Source of the DNA: a virus
Taxonomy: Duplodnaviria; Caudoviricetes
Virus record (IMG/VR): IMGVR_UViG_3300028887_000067
Coordinates: 96,001 to 160,000 of that record
DNA: 64,000 bases
Strand: one strand, 5' to 3'
Below are positions 39,788 through 49,096 of this stretch, in pieces. The notes under the pieces are model-generated. The model was not told where the DNA came from, ran no database searches, and saw nothing but the letters and a program-made list of their open reading frames with translations. A program made the translations under genes and the position numbers. Position 1 is the first letter of the stretch, and each line of letters opens with the position of its first letter.

Positions 39788-41089
39788 ATGGATATGAAGC
39801 AACTGAATATTCAGAAACAGATCGATGAATTTGTCGCGACTGCGTTCACGGGGAAACTGTCGTTCAACGTCCTCCTGATTTCGGACGAGGATTCCCGTCT
39901 TTCGATTCTTCGTGGCTATAATGCCTTCAGCTATGTCAAGAAGGCTTTTTCTTCGCTGGGCGTCAGCATCAACATCACTTCGATGGGAAGTGCGGACTTC
40001 TGCCGTAACGATCCGGACATCACGAAATTCGACGTGGTCTGGATTGACAACGTCGAGAACGCGAAAATGACTTTCAATATCGCTGACAAGCTGGATGACT
40101 ATGCGTCTTCCCTCGTCGGCACCAATGTGTTCGAGCTTGACGAGGAAAACCAGGCGCTTGCCCGTAAGTTGCGTTCTCTTCATCTCCGTGTCATCTACGC
40201 GCTCGACGAGTTCGTCTGGAACGCGCCGGCTGGTCGTCAGAAGAAACTTGGAGAATGCCTCCTTATCGAGGACGCTTTGTACATGTCCGACATTATCGTC
40301 GTGCCTACCCGTGAGCTCCAGCAGCTCCTGTTTGACTGCCATTTGGTGGACAGCGACAAGGACGTGGTTTCCATCCCGTCGTTCGTGAGCGACTGGTTCT
40401 ATCCCGTCCACAAGATATTCAACCGCAGTTCCAACTACTCCACGTCCATCCGTACGCCGAAGATTCTCGTAAAGGGTGTCATCCTACCGAAAAACGTGCA
40501 GGAGTTCATCGTCCAGAACTACAAGGAATACAGCATCACCATCTGCAGCGTGGTTGACCTCCGTAAGGACATATACAAGCTTATTCAGGAAGGCAAGGTT
40601 TCTGTCCTCCAACACTGGGCGAGCCCGTTCCTCAAGAAGGAGAACCTCCTCGAGACTATGGCCTACGAGCGCGACTACGGCTTCGATTTCGTTATCAACA
40701 CGGTACCACCCGATATATCCGAAGACCCGTACGAAATCGCCAACCTCGATACCGACTGCATCATAGCCGTCGCCGAGGGCGCCGTGGCGATTGCCGGGGT
40801 GAAGGACGCCAAGTTCTCCCCTGAAAGCCACATCTGCGTTGCCTGCGGTCTAGTGTACGGGAGCGAGGATCCGGCGAGCAACATCCGCGCACTGGTCGAG
40901 CGCTACCGCCGTTCCATCGACTGGGACACCGCTTACCAGAAACAGCGTCTCCTGCTCAACCAGCGCCTTGTTAGCAGCCAGAGTGTCGTCGGTGGCTATT
41001 TCCATGCGATGCTCGGCCGTACCCTGTCCAACAAGTACGCCAACCAGCTTAGCCAGATGGTGGCCAAGCAGAAGGCGTCGGCGAAGTAG
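39788..41089 (+). CDS. degenerate GT-B glycosyltransferase-like protein
   Basis: RVIYALDEFVW, ALYMSDIIVVPTREL, VVSIPSFV resemble phage GT-B N-domains; C-domain K/E motif not evident. Confidence 0.5.
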   Translation: MDMKQLNIQKQIDEFVATAFTGKLSFNVLLISDEDSRLSILRGYNAFSYVKKAFSSLGVSINITSMGSADFCRNDPDITKFDVVWIDNVENAKMTFNIADKLDDYASSLVGTNVFELDEENQALARKLRSLHLRVIYALDEFVWNAPAGRQKKLGECLLIEDALYMSDIIVVPTRELQQLLFDCHLVDSDKDVVSIPSFVSDWFYPVHKIFNRSSNYSTSIRTPKILVKGVILPKNVQEFIVQNYKEYSITICSVVDLRKDIYKLIQEGKVSVLQHWASPFLKKENLLETMAYERDYGFDFVINTVPPDISEDPYEIANLDTDCIIAVAEGAVAIAGVKDAKFSPESHICVACGLVYGSEDPASNIRALVERYRRSIDWDTAYQKQRLLLNQRLVSSQSVVGGYFHAMLGRTLSNKYANQLSQMVAKQKASAK

Positions 41090-41090
41090 T

Positions 41091-41342
41091 ATGAAGTATT
41101 GGGTAGTTCGATACGACGTCAAGGGATTTGACGCGAATGCGGAACAGGGCTTGCACGACCTCGAAGTGCCGGCCCCTGCCATAATGAACGAAATTCCCTA
41201 TGACGAACCCGCGCTGGCGCAGGAGGAGTGCGACCGGCTCGGAGCTGTAGAACCGGGCGAGACCATCGAGCTCGACCTGAAGAACGGAAAACATTACAAG
41301 GGGCCCCGGTACATATACCGTATCGGAAACTCCGACAAGTGA
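41091..41342 (+). CDS. hypothetical small protein
   Basis: 83-aa ORF MKYWVVRYD... filling the gap. Confidence 0.6.
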   Translation: MKYWVVRYDVKGFDANAEQGLHDLEVPAPAIMNEIPYDEPALAQEECDRLGAVEPGETIELDLKNGKHYKGPRYIYRIGNSDK

Positions 41343-41349
41343 GGCTGAC

Positions 41350-42825
41350 ATGGACCCTTCTGTGAATTTGGCCAAGTATGACCAGGAAACGATTAACTAC
41401 ATGAAGGCTGCCAAGAGCATGATAGCCAACAATCACGGTATGGCGATTGACCGCGATCCGAAGGACATCATGAAGGAAAATAACGGCAAGTTGCGCGATG
41501 CGGCTAGAATCGTTAAGCGCAAGAAGGGGATGGTCCGCCAGAACACTGTACGCAATGTCCAGATGTCACGGATTCCCGAACAGGTCGCGCAGCCTGTGCA
41601 GACTGCACAGCCGAGCGATACGGCGATGACCGCCCAGGGATACGACCACTACATGGAAACGTTGATGGGGAGGTCGGGTTTCCCGCCCGTCGCCCAGCAC
41701 AATGTCGAACCGGCACAGGAACTATCCGAGATACCGGCCGAACCGATGCAGTCGCCCGAGCCCGTGCAGGAAGTTCCTCGCGTGCCGGACACGCCGCAAC
41801 AGCCCATGTTCGCCCCGAGGGTCGCCGACCGCGTGGATGCGGACCGGTTCGCTCCGAGACAGATGGTTCCCCAGCAAGCGCAACAGGTGCCCCCTGTCGT
41901 GCAATACCCGCAGGCAATGATGCAGGATGTGTTCCAGCGGGAGCCGGAATACAATCAGCGCCCATTGCCGCAGGCCTACCAGCAACCCGTTGCCCCGCAA
42001 ACTCGTCCCGAATTTGTCGCCACGCCGCCTCGTCAGGTAGTGCCGGAACCGGTTCGGGATTTCGATGCGTTTACGGACGTGCGCGGGCTCCCTTCTACCG
42101 GTGCCGTCTACGGCTCGCCCATATCGGGTCAGGCCTTCAAGATGGTGGACCTGTTTATGTTGAACGACCTTGATTCGGAAAACTTGACATCGGTGTTCAG
42201 CGAGATATTCGCACGTCGCCTGCGGGGTGTCTCTCCGGAAGACATCCTGTCGTGTGACGAGCCGTACTTGCTTCACTGGCTCAGGGCGTCCTCCTTCCCC
42301 GACCAGCCGTTACCAGGGATTGTCTGGTTCGAGTGCCCAGAGTGTCACAAGCGCAACGAGGCACCGCAGGGGAGCGACGGGTTCCCGGTGGGGTTCTACA
42401 ACCTCAATTTCCGGATTCAGGGCAACGTAAACGAAATTCTCGCCAAGCACGCGCCGGGTTATTACGCGTTCAACCTTCCCGACGGCAGGGAGTGCGACGT
42501 GTACCTCCGCAGGCGCTATCACGCCAGACTTGTGGACGAGGCGTTGGCCGAGTACCGCAAGAGTATGGGGCACGAGATGCCGTCCTACTTGCAGGAAATC
42601 GTGAAGGTGGCCGTTATTCTCGAGATTCAGGAGTGCGAGGGGTTGAACGAGAAGATCAACTTCCTTTCCGATATGAACGTCCATGTCGCAACGAAGATGT
42701 TCGAGGAAATCAACAGCGCAAGCCTGATCACGCAGATTACCGCTAGTATGAAGTGTCCGAATTGCGGGAAGGAGGTGTTGGTCCACTATCCCTTTCGTCT
42801 CGAACAGTTTATTCCCAGTCTATGA
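41350..42825 (+). CDS. gp26-like baseplate hub / tail assembly chaperone with Q/P-rich N-terminal extension
   Basis: LPSTG..Y, ILSCDEPYLL.WLRA.S, CPEC, LPDG, CPNCG near the C-terminus; precedes the tape-measure candidate. Confidence 0.75.
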   Translation: MDPSVNLAKYDQETINYMKAAKSMIANNHGMAIDRDPKDIMKENNGKLRDAARIVKRKKGMVRQNTVRNVQMSRIPEQVAQPVQTAQPSDTAMTAQGYDHYMETLMGRSGFPPVAQHNVEPAQELSEIPAEPMQSPEPVQEVPRVPDTPQQPMFAPRVADRVDADRFAPRQMVPQQAQQVPPVVQYPQAMMQDVFQREPEYNQRPLPQAYQQPVAPQTRPEFVATPPRQVVPEPVRDFDAFTDVRGLPSTGAVYGSPISGQAFKMVDLFMLNDLDSENLTSVFSEIFARRLRGVSPEDILSCDEPYLLHWLRASSFPDQPLPGIVWFECPECHKRNEAPQGSDGFPVGFYNLNFRIQGNVNEILAKHAPGYYAFNLPDGRECDVYLRRRYHARLVDEALAEYRKSMGHEMPSYLQEIVKVAVILEIQECEGLNEKINFLSDMNVHVATKMFEEINSASLITQITASMKCPNCGKEVLVHYPFRLEQFIPSL

Positions 42826-43015
42826 CAAGATTAAGCTGGTAAGGGACAAGTGTCTGGTGTCCGATATGCTCCATACGTCGGTGCTGGACTGCGAAAGGCT
42901 CTTCATACCGGAATTCCTCGAAATCAAGAAATACTGCGTTGAGAAATTCAACCAGCTCAATGGTGTCGAGGACGACGATTCGGGTTCGGAACTGGCTGGA
43001 ATGCTGGGGAGGTGA
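42791..43015 (+). CDS. gp51-like short ORF in the +1 frame, probably a frameshift extension of the gp26-like gene
   Basis: Open +1 frame PFVSNSLFPVYDKIKLVRDKCLVSDMLHTSVLDCERLFIPEFLEIKKY...GR*; first ATG only at 42866; not in the supplied ORF track. Confidence 0.55.
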   Translation, partial: PFVSNSLFPVYDKIKLVRDKCLVSDMLHTSVLDCERLFIPEFLEIKKYCVEKFNQLNGVEDDDSGSELAGMLGR

Positions 43016-43037
43016 GGTCAAAAGGCCCCACCTTTTT

Positions 43038-43045
43038 TATAAACT
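43038..43045 (+). promoter_or_regulatory. late-type promoter motif TATAAACT
   Basis: 25 nt before ATG 43071, right after a hairpin-T run at about 43011-43038. Confidence 0.7.
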
Positions 43046-43070
43046 ACGATTAACTGATTTTGGGTAGCTG

Positions 43071-44891
43071 ATGGCCACCGATATTGACTTGAAGTCGGTT
43101 GTAAAGGAAGGCGTTCTTGAAGGAATGGGCGCCGTGTTCGGCAGTATCGACGCGGCAAATGACCACGACGACCTTATCAAGTTCCATAACGAGGCGAACG
43201 GGATCGAGACCCCCGAAGAGGCCGTCCAGTCCCGTCTTAACTCGGTCATCGAGAACCAGCGCTCAATCATCGAACTATTCAGGACCTATAACGAGCGCAC
43301 CTCCGGCGTGGAATCGTCCGGGGAACCCATAGGGCAGTCTGGATTCGCCCAGCAGGCAACTGCTTCCAGCCAGAACGGGATGTCCCTCGGCTCGGGCCTT
43401 TCTACGGGCTCCTTCATGGGGACGCCGGGTTCCATTCGTACCTATATCGTGAACCACGGCGTTGTAGTCGCTGACGGGGCGGGTATTGTTCAGGGAGGCT
43501 CCTCTGACATTGGCGCGGCCGAGACATCGGTTCCTGCAGCTTCACGTGACGATTCTGACCGGGTGTCTTACAAGGCGGGCATCGGCGATGCGACGGAACG
43601 GGAGAACGCTGCTCGATTCGACCAGGAAAAGCGAAACTACCAAGAGTACACGATGAAGCCGACGATGAGCAAGCTCTCGCAGGCCCTCGACAAGTATCTG
43701 GAACAGCAATCCGGCCCCGACAATGGGTCTGGTATGTTCGACTTCCTAGGCAAAGGACTAAGTGCCCTGATTGGTGGCCTGGGCGGGCTGGCCATCGGCT
43801 GGATTTCCGGTCTCAAGACGCAATGGATGAACGTGGGCAGGTCTTTTGTCAAGACGTTTAATTCTGCAGTCGGATGGCTCAAGGACACCAAGCTTGCCAA
43901 GAGTATGTCTGACTTGGGCAAGACGTTCAAGGGCGTGGTGTCCGGCATGAAGGACGCTGTCGTCGGTAAGTTCCGTGGAATCGCCAACACGGTCGAGTCC
44001 TCTCTGGGAAAGGTCAAGACGTCGTTCGTGAAGACGCTGTCGGGATGGAAGAGTGCAATTTCCGATAGTGTGATTGGAAAGGCTGCTGTCGCCGTCAAGG
44101 ATGGCGTAGGCAAGATAATGGGCGGTGTTACCAAGGCTGTGAAGACTGCTGCTAGTGCCGTGGCTCATTCGCCGATAGTGAAGGCGGGTGCAACGGCTGG
44201 AAAGTTTGCTATGGGCATTGGTAAGCGACTCCCTGTTGTCCAGGGTGCCGTCGGTCTGGCCGACACCGCCAAGAACACCTACGACGTGTTTAAAAAAGGC
44301 GGGAACATCAAGGACATCATGTCCACCGGTCTCGCCGGTACTACCGACGCCCTTGTCAACACGCTCGCCGTACCCGAGATAATCGGCGCGGTTAAGGGTG
44401 CCGTTCGCGGTGCCCGCAAGGACGGCCTGTCCGGAATGTTCAAGGGTGCAGGCGCCGGCATTATGAATGCCCATGACCCGAACAAGGTTTCCATCGGGCA
44501 GGCGTTCGCCTCCGAGGTTGCCCATTGGTCGGGTAACGAGACCGAGACTACGAGACGGATGCGTACGGCGAATATGTACGGGCTTACCAAGTCCGAAGTC
44601 GGCCTGAGCAACATCAACGGGAACGCGGGCGGTTTCGGCACGGCTGCTTCGCTTTATACCGGCGACCGAAAGCTTGCCGCCGGATCCACCGAGAATATGA
44701 ACATGCCGAACGCGTCTACGGGTGACGAGGTATCGTCGAAGCGTATGAGCGACGAGGAGCGCATCAAGGAAACCGCCGACCTGTTCAAGGTCAGTTTCAT
44801 AGAGGCTCTGACTAGCGACGAGGTGAAACGTGTCAACGCGGAGCAGGCAAAGGCCGCCGGCGAGGCAATCAACACTTCTCTGATGGGGTAG
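43071..44891 (+). CDS. tape-measure / gp29-like protein
   Basis: G/A/K-rich amphipathic repeats (GKRLPVVQGAVGLA) between the gp26-like and baseplate genes. Confidence 0.65.
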   Translation: MATDIDLKSVVKEGVLEGMGAVFGSIDAANDHDDLIKFHNEANGIETPEEAVQSRLNSVIENQRSIIELFRTYNERTSGVESSGEPIGQSGFAQQATASSQNGMSLGSGLSTGSFMGTPGSIRTYIVNHGVVVADGAGIVQGGSSDIGAAETSVPAASRDDSDRVSYKAGIGDATERENAARFDQEKRNYQEYTMKPTMSKLSQALDKYLEQQSGPDNGSGMFDFLGKGLSALIGGLGGLAIGWISGLKTQWMNVGRSFVKTFNSAVGWLKDTKLAKSMSDLGKTFKGVVSGMKDAVVGKFRGIANTVESSLGKVKTSFVKTLSGWKSAISDSVIGKAAVAVKDGVGKIMGGVTKAVKTAASAVAHSPIVKAGATAGKFAMGIGKRLPVVQGAVGLADTAKNTYDVFKKGGNIKDIMSTGLAGTTDALVNTLAVPEIIGAVKGAVRGARKDGLSGMFKGAGAGIMNAHDPNKVSIGQAFASEVAHWSGNETETTRRMRTANMYGLTKSEVGLSNINGNAGGFGTAASLYTGDRKLAAGSTENMNMPNASTGDEVSSKRMSDEERIKETADLFKVSFIEALTSDEVKRVNAEQAKAAGEAINTSLMG

Positions 44892-44894
44892 CGT

Positions 44895-46082
44895 ATGGCC
44901 AAGGGTAACCGTACTAACGAGTTGAAGAAATACAAGGTCAGGGTTGGGCACACGTCCGGCATGATGCGGGAAGCCCTGCCGAAGCCCAACGTCGTTCGCA
45001 TACAGGTGCTGGATGGTCCGGCACGCCGTTCGTTCATGGGCGGGTTCCATAGCACGCTGGATGAGTTCAGGACGACTATGCAGGATGCCGTAGCGGCGGC
45101 GAGCCATTACAATATGTACGAGCCTTTCTACGGGATCCTCGATAGCTCCGAGGGTCAGGGGCCCAGCCTTAACGTGAGCGCCAAGTGGGCCGCGCAGAAC
45201 GCGACCAAGAGCGGTTTCGCCATGATGAATACGCTTCTGACTTCTGAAGGGCAGGGCGGTATCGTTGGCCTGCTTCCTTTTATTGGCGGAAATCTTTCTG
45301 ACAAGATAAATACGGCTCTTGGTACGATTGATAAGGTTGCCACGACATCAATGGGGTTCGCCGGCATGAACAACTACGCTACCGGTTCGACGACTATCAA
45401 GCAGTTCACTGGCACGACGATCGATGCCAATATGCCGCTCAAGTTCAAGTGGTACTTGCCTGAACAAGAACAGATGTGCCGTATATCGATTAAGCGTCTG
45501 ATCACGATGGCTTACGTGCGCCCGATGGATATGGACGCGGCCACCATCGCGAACGGCATCATAAATGCCGTCGTCCAGACCGGTTCGTCCGTTTATGACG
45601 CTGTTACCGGCTCAATTACGGGATCCTACAACGAAGGCACGAGCAGCCAGAACAGGGGCAAGCAGGCATCCAGCAATAAGGAGGAGTCCGCCGGCCACGA
45701 TTCGATGCTCGGTAAGTGGGCGAAGAATGCCGTTAAGTACGGCGTGAACGTGTATAATAGCATCAATAGTTATTTCGGCGGAGAGATTACGGCCAACCCG
45801 TTACCCGTCCGCATAAGCATCGGCCATTATCTCGACATCGAGCCCGTCGTGATTACCGACGTCAGGATAACCGCTTCTAGGGAGCAGTTCATATCGAAGG
45901 ACGGTACCCACCTGCCCATATGGGTGGAAGCCGAGGTCAAGTTCGATTACTGGATGCAGCCGGGCCCGACCAAGGACTTTATGTCGTTCCTCGGCTCGGA
46001 GGTGTTCGACGAATGGGTCCGACGGGACCCGAAGACCGACAAGAATCAGAAGGCCGGCGGATTGGCCGGGGCGAAGAAGTAA
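44895..46082 (+). CDS. baseplate tail-tube cap/initiator-like protein (gp48-like)
   Basis: FKWYLP, P.PVRISIG...IEPVVITDV, LPIWVEAEVKF tube-initiator-type pattern; position after tape measure. Confidence 0.55.
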   Translation: MAKGNRTNELKKYKVRVGHTSGMMREALPKPNVVRIQVLDGPARRSFMGGFHSTLDEFRTTMQDAVAAASHYNMYEPFYGILDSSEGQGPSLNVSAKWAAQNATKSGFAMMNTLLTSEGQGGIVGLLPFIGGNLSDKINTALGTIDKVATTSMGFAGMNNYATGSTTIKQFTGTTIDANMPLKFKWYLPEQEQMCRISIKRLITMAYVRPMDMDAATIANGIINAVVQTGSSVYDAVTGSITGSYNEGTSSQNRGKQASSNKEESAGHDSMLGKWAKNAVKYGVNVYNSINSYFGGEITANPLPVRISIGHYLDIEPVVITDVRITASREQFISKDGTHLPIWVEAEVKFDYWMQPGPTKDFMSFLGSEVFDEWVRRDPKTDKNQKAGGLAGAKK

Positions 46083-46091
46083 GGGGGGCAT

Positions 46092-46526
46092 ATGGCAGCA
46101 GACGAAAAATTTCCCAGGATAAGGGAGGACAATTTCAACGTAGCCGGCGTGTTCCACATTCCGATGGTGCAGAATGGCCGTCTTGACCGCGTCATCGGTG
46201 ACCTTTACGGCACGCCGACGATGTACAAGGCGTTCGCCGCCGTGAACAACATCAGGAATCCTATGCAGCTCAGGGGGACTATTCGTCCGGCGCCGGAGGC
46301 TATACGCAATGAGCTAGTTTTAAAGGGGTACCGGGGGGCTGAACTAGAGAAGGCCGTCCGCGAAGCCAACGACGATGTCGTGTGGGGCGACCGCGACTGG
46401 CTCGGATATAGCGACGTGTTCAACGGAGTGATTACCGAGGCGGCAGGCGACGCTAACTACATCATGCCTGACCCGAACAGCGTTATTGATTGGCATACGA
46501 AGTACAACGAAGTCGAACAGGAATAA
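46092..46526 (+). CDS. gp53-like baseplate wedge protein (LysM-like)
   Basis: GRLDRVIGDLYGTP...FAAVNNIRNPM. Confidence 0.7.
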   Translation: MAADEKFPRIREDNFNVAGVFHIPMVQNGRLDRVIGDLYGTPTMYKAFAAVNNIRNPMQLRGTIRPAPEAIRNELVLKGYRGAELEKAVREANDDVVWGDRDWLGYSDVFNGVITEAAGDANYIMPDPNSVIDWHTKYNEVEQE

Positions 46527-46528
46527 TA

Positions 46529-47863
46529 ATGACCAGTACAGGAACAAGTTTCAGCGTCACCGTCATCTTGGATGACCGTATCTTCGACTCGAGTGACCTC
46601 AGCGAGCTTTCGATGAACATTCCGCTCAACGAGCTCCCCTATGGCACGGCGACGCTTCTCGTGACTAATCTCCCCGAGTTCAGGCTCGACAAGGGATGTT
46701 TCGGAAGATTCCTGTTCCTCAATACCGGCTACAAGGACGTGGACGGCAGCGGGTTTTCTTTCATGGTGCTTTCCGCGTCACAGTCCGTAGTCAACGAGGG
46801 CACGATTTCTATCAAGTTTGATTGGAAGATGGCATCCCCCGAAATCCTGAAGAAGGACACAGTGGCTGTCAAGGGTTCCAGCCTTGACGCTATGCTGGAC
46901 GTGCTGAAGAGCTACGGCGATAATATCCCGCATGTCAACCTGATTACGGGCGAGGCAGCGAACCTTACCGACACTATGACGTGGAGGTACGTTAACTGCA
47001 ACCTCGTCGACAAGTTACGAACGACGGTTGAACACTCGGCTATGGTGGGCGACTACATGTTCTGGTGTTACGATATTGTCAGCCGTTCGATAATCATTTC
47101 TTCTCTGAACACGTCCAAAAAGGTCAGCACGCCGATGGCCTGCATCTATTCGCAGGACGCCATCACTTCTACCGCGAGTTCACGTTTCGTCGATACGAAC
47201 ACGGGAAGCGAGGCGTGGCTGTACGCGCAGGAGGAACGCGTCACGAACAAGGGCGAGAACTTCTCCGCGTCGTTCCCGAACATAGTATATTCCAGCGTCG
47301 ACTCGAAGGGACGCGCAGACGTGTCGAACTGCTACGGCGACTGTTACGATTCGGTTATGAAGCATTACGGCGCCATGGGTTCCGAGCAGGTCGCCGCTAA
47401 ATACGGCATCAAGGATACCAAGTCCGTATATGGTGACTTGAAGGTGGTGAACAACTTCCCGGGGAACGTGCATAATTCATACTGCATCGCAGGCGACGTC
47501 CGTCTCCGTCACTTGTCGGAATATTCAAAAATCATGGCGATCGGCCTTATGAACTGCGTCGGCCCCTCGGTAGGTAGCCGTGTATACGTGTATGCCCTGA
47601 AACCGTCGAAGAACGGAGGTACGGACGGTCCGGATATGTACTACACGGATGAGTATATCGTCATCGCCAAGCGTATCAAGAAGGAGACCAAGGTTTCCGC
47701 AGGTACGCTAGGTTCGGCCCATATGGTGCAGAACCCCGACCATATGACCGTATTGACTCTCGTTTCGAACCACGACGGCACGATGGGCTACGATACGACG
47801 ATGAAGAAGCTTGATGAAATCGCGTCGGCCTGTAAGGTAGAGGCCGAAAAGGCTAAGCGGTAG
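46529..47863 (+). CDS. baseplate hub protein (gp27-like), putative
   Basis: About 445 aa between the gp53-like and gp5-like genes; GPSVGSRV...YYTDEYIV hub-like C-terminus. Confidence 0.5.
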   Translation: MTSTGTSFSVTVILDDRIFDSSDLSELSMNIPLNELPYGTATLLVTNLPEFRLDKGCFGRFLFLNTGYKDVDGSGFSFMVLSASQSVVNEGTISIKFDWKMASPEILKKDTVAVKGSSLDAMLDVLKSYGDNIPHVNLITGEAANLTDTMTWRYVNCNLVDKLRTTVEHSAMVGDYMFWCYDIVSRSIIISSLNTSKKVSTPMACIYSQDAITSTASSRFVDTNTGSEAWLYAQEERVTNKGENFSASFPNIVYSSVDSKGRADVSNCYGDCYDSVMKHYGAMGSEQVAAKYGIKDTKSVYGDLKVVNNFPGNVHNSYCIAGDVRLRHLSEYSKIMAIGLMNCVGPSVGSRVYVYALKPSKNGGTDGPDMYYTDEYIVIAKRIKKETKVSAGTLGSAHMVQNPDHMTVLTLVSNHDGTMGYDTTMKKLDEIASACKVEAEKAKR

Positions 47864-47866
47864 ATT

Positions 47867-49096
47867 ATGTACAACGTGTTACCGGACGTAGACTATATTG
47901 CGGTGGTTGTCGAGGGAAGCGTCGACACCATGCACCGTGGTGCTGTAAAGGCTCGCGTGCTTGGCGTCACCGACGAGTTCGATGACGACGACCAGCCGTA
48001 TTTCTACCCTGCATTGTCAGGAGGCTTGCAACAGGTTCCGCAACCGGGATATTTTCTCCGCGTCCGTCTGGAGGACGGCGACATCAACCGTGGGTTCTAC
48101 TACGGGATATCGGCTACCCCGTCTTATCTCCCGCCGGAATATTCGGACAGCTATCCTGATGTCGCCGTGGCAAACCTCGGCGAGGATGGGTTCTTCTACA
48201 CCCACAACAGGCAGACCCACGTGACGACCATCGACAATCCGGGGAACAACTCTAGTGTCCTGTGGGACGCTGCCGGTTTCGTGACATACGAGTCCACGGC
48301 CGCTCACCCGAACGCGGGGATGGGCGCCAAGGAGGGAGGCGGGTCCAACACTCAGCACGTGCTGACGGAGGCGACAATCGACATTTTCACCGCTATGCCG
48401 GTCGGCGGCAATAGGGACACGTCCGGTATCGGGCAGGGAAGCGAGTATCTGCGGGTACCGCATATATCTCAGGCAACCATTGACGCGTTCAACGGCCAGC
48501 CACCGCAGGATGATACGTCGAAGGCCCCGGCAATATCCGACACCATAGACGATAGCCTCCAGTACAACGAGCTTGTCAACGCGTCCGGCGAAGTCGTGGC
48601 CAAGGTACCCGTAGAACTTACTGACACAATGATAAACCGTAACGGCAAGGTTATCAAGCGCATACTTGTCTGCCACACTGAAGGCGAGTGTTTCCCCGTG
48701 ATGGCGTCCAAGATCATGACTACGGGTAACACGGCGCACTATCTTGTCGGACAAGTTGAAGGCGAACCCGAGATTATGGGCGAGGGAACCGATAAGGATT
48801 CCTTGATGAATAGCGGGTTCTACCAGTTCATCGATCTCGACAACGACGGCGGTGCTTATAGCGGTTCCACGATATACGGAAAGAAGGCCAATGTTGATTC
48901 TGTCATTGTCATGTTGGTCGGTGACGCCGCCCATGCCCCGACCCCGTACCAGCAGGAAATGCTCGGCATTATCGTCGAGCACGTTCGCACGGTTGCTGGT
49001 GACGACGACATTCCGGTTATGTCGCCTAACGATTTCGATATTCCGAGCCTGAAATCCGCTATGCCGCTCTTCACGACGGAGGTCTACAATGGCTGA
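47867..49096 (+). CDS. gp5-like baseplate spike OB-fold fused to an amidase-2/PGRP-like domain
   Basis: YIAVV...D..HRGAVKARVLG, VPQPG..VRLEDGDINRGFYYG; C-terminal ILVCHTEG, AHYLVG, YQFID, N.DS, T.YQ. Confidence 0.75.
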   Translation: MYNVLPDVDYIAVVVEGSVDTMHRGAVKARVLGVTDEFDDDDQPYFYPALSGGLQQVPQPGYFLRVRLEDGDINRGFYYGISATPSYLPPEYSDSYPDVAVANLGEDGFFYTHNRQTHVTTIDNPGNNSSVLWDAAGFVTYESTAAHPNAGMGAKEGGGSNTQHVLTEATIDIFTAMPVGGNRDTSGIGQGSEYLRVPHISQATIDAFNGQPPQDDTSKAPAISDTIDDSLQYNELVNASGEVVAKVPVELTDTMINRNGKVIKRILVCHTEGECFPVMASKIMTTGNTAHYLVGQVEGEPEIMGEGTDKDSLMNSGFYQFIDLDNDGGAYSGSTIYGKKANVDSVIVMLVGDAAHAPTPYQQEMLGIIVEHVRTVAGDDDIPVMSPNDFDIPSLKSAMPLFTTEVYNG

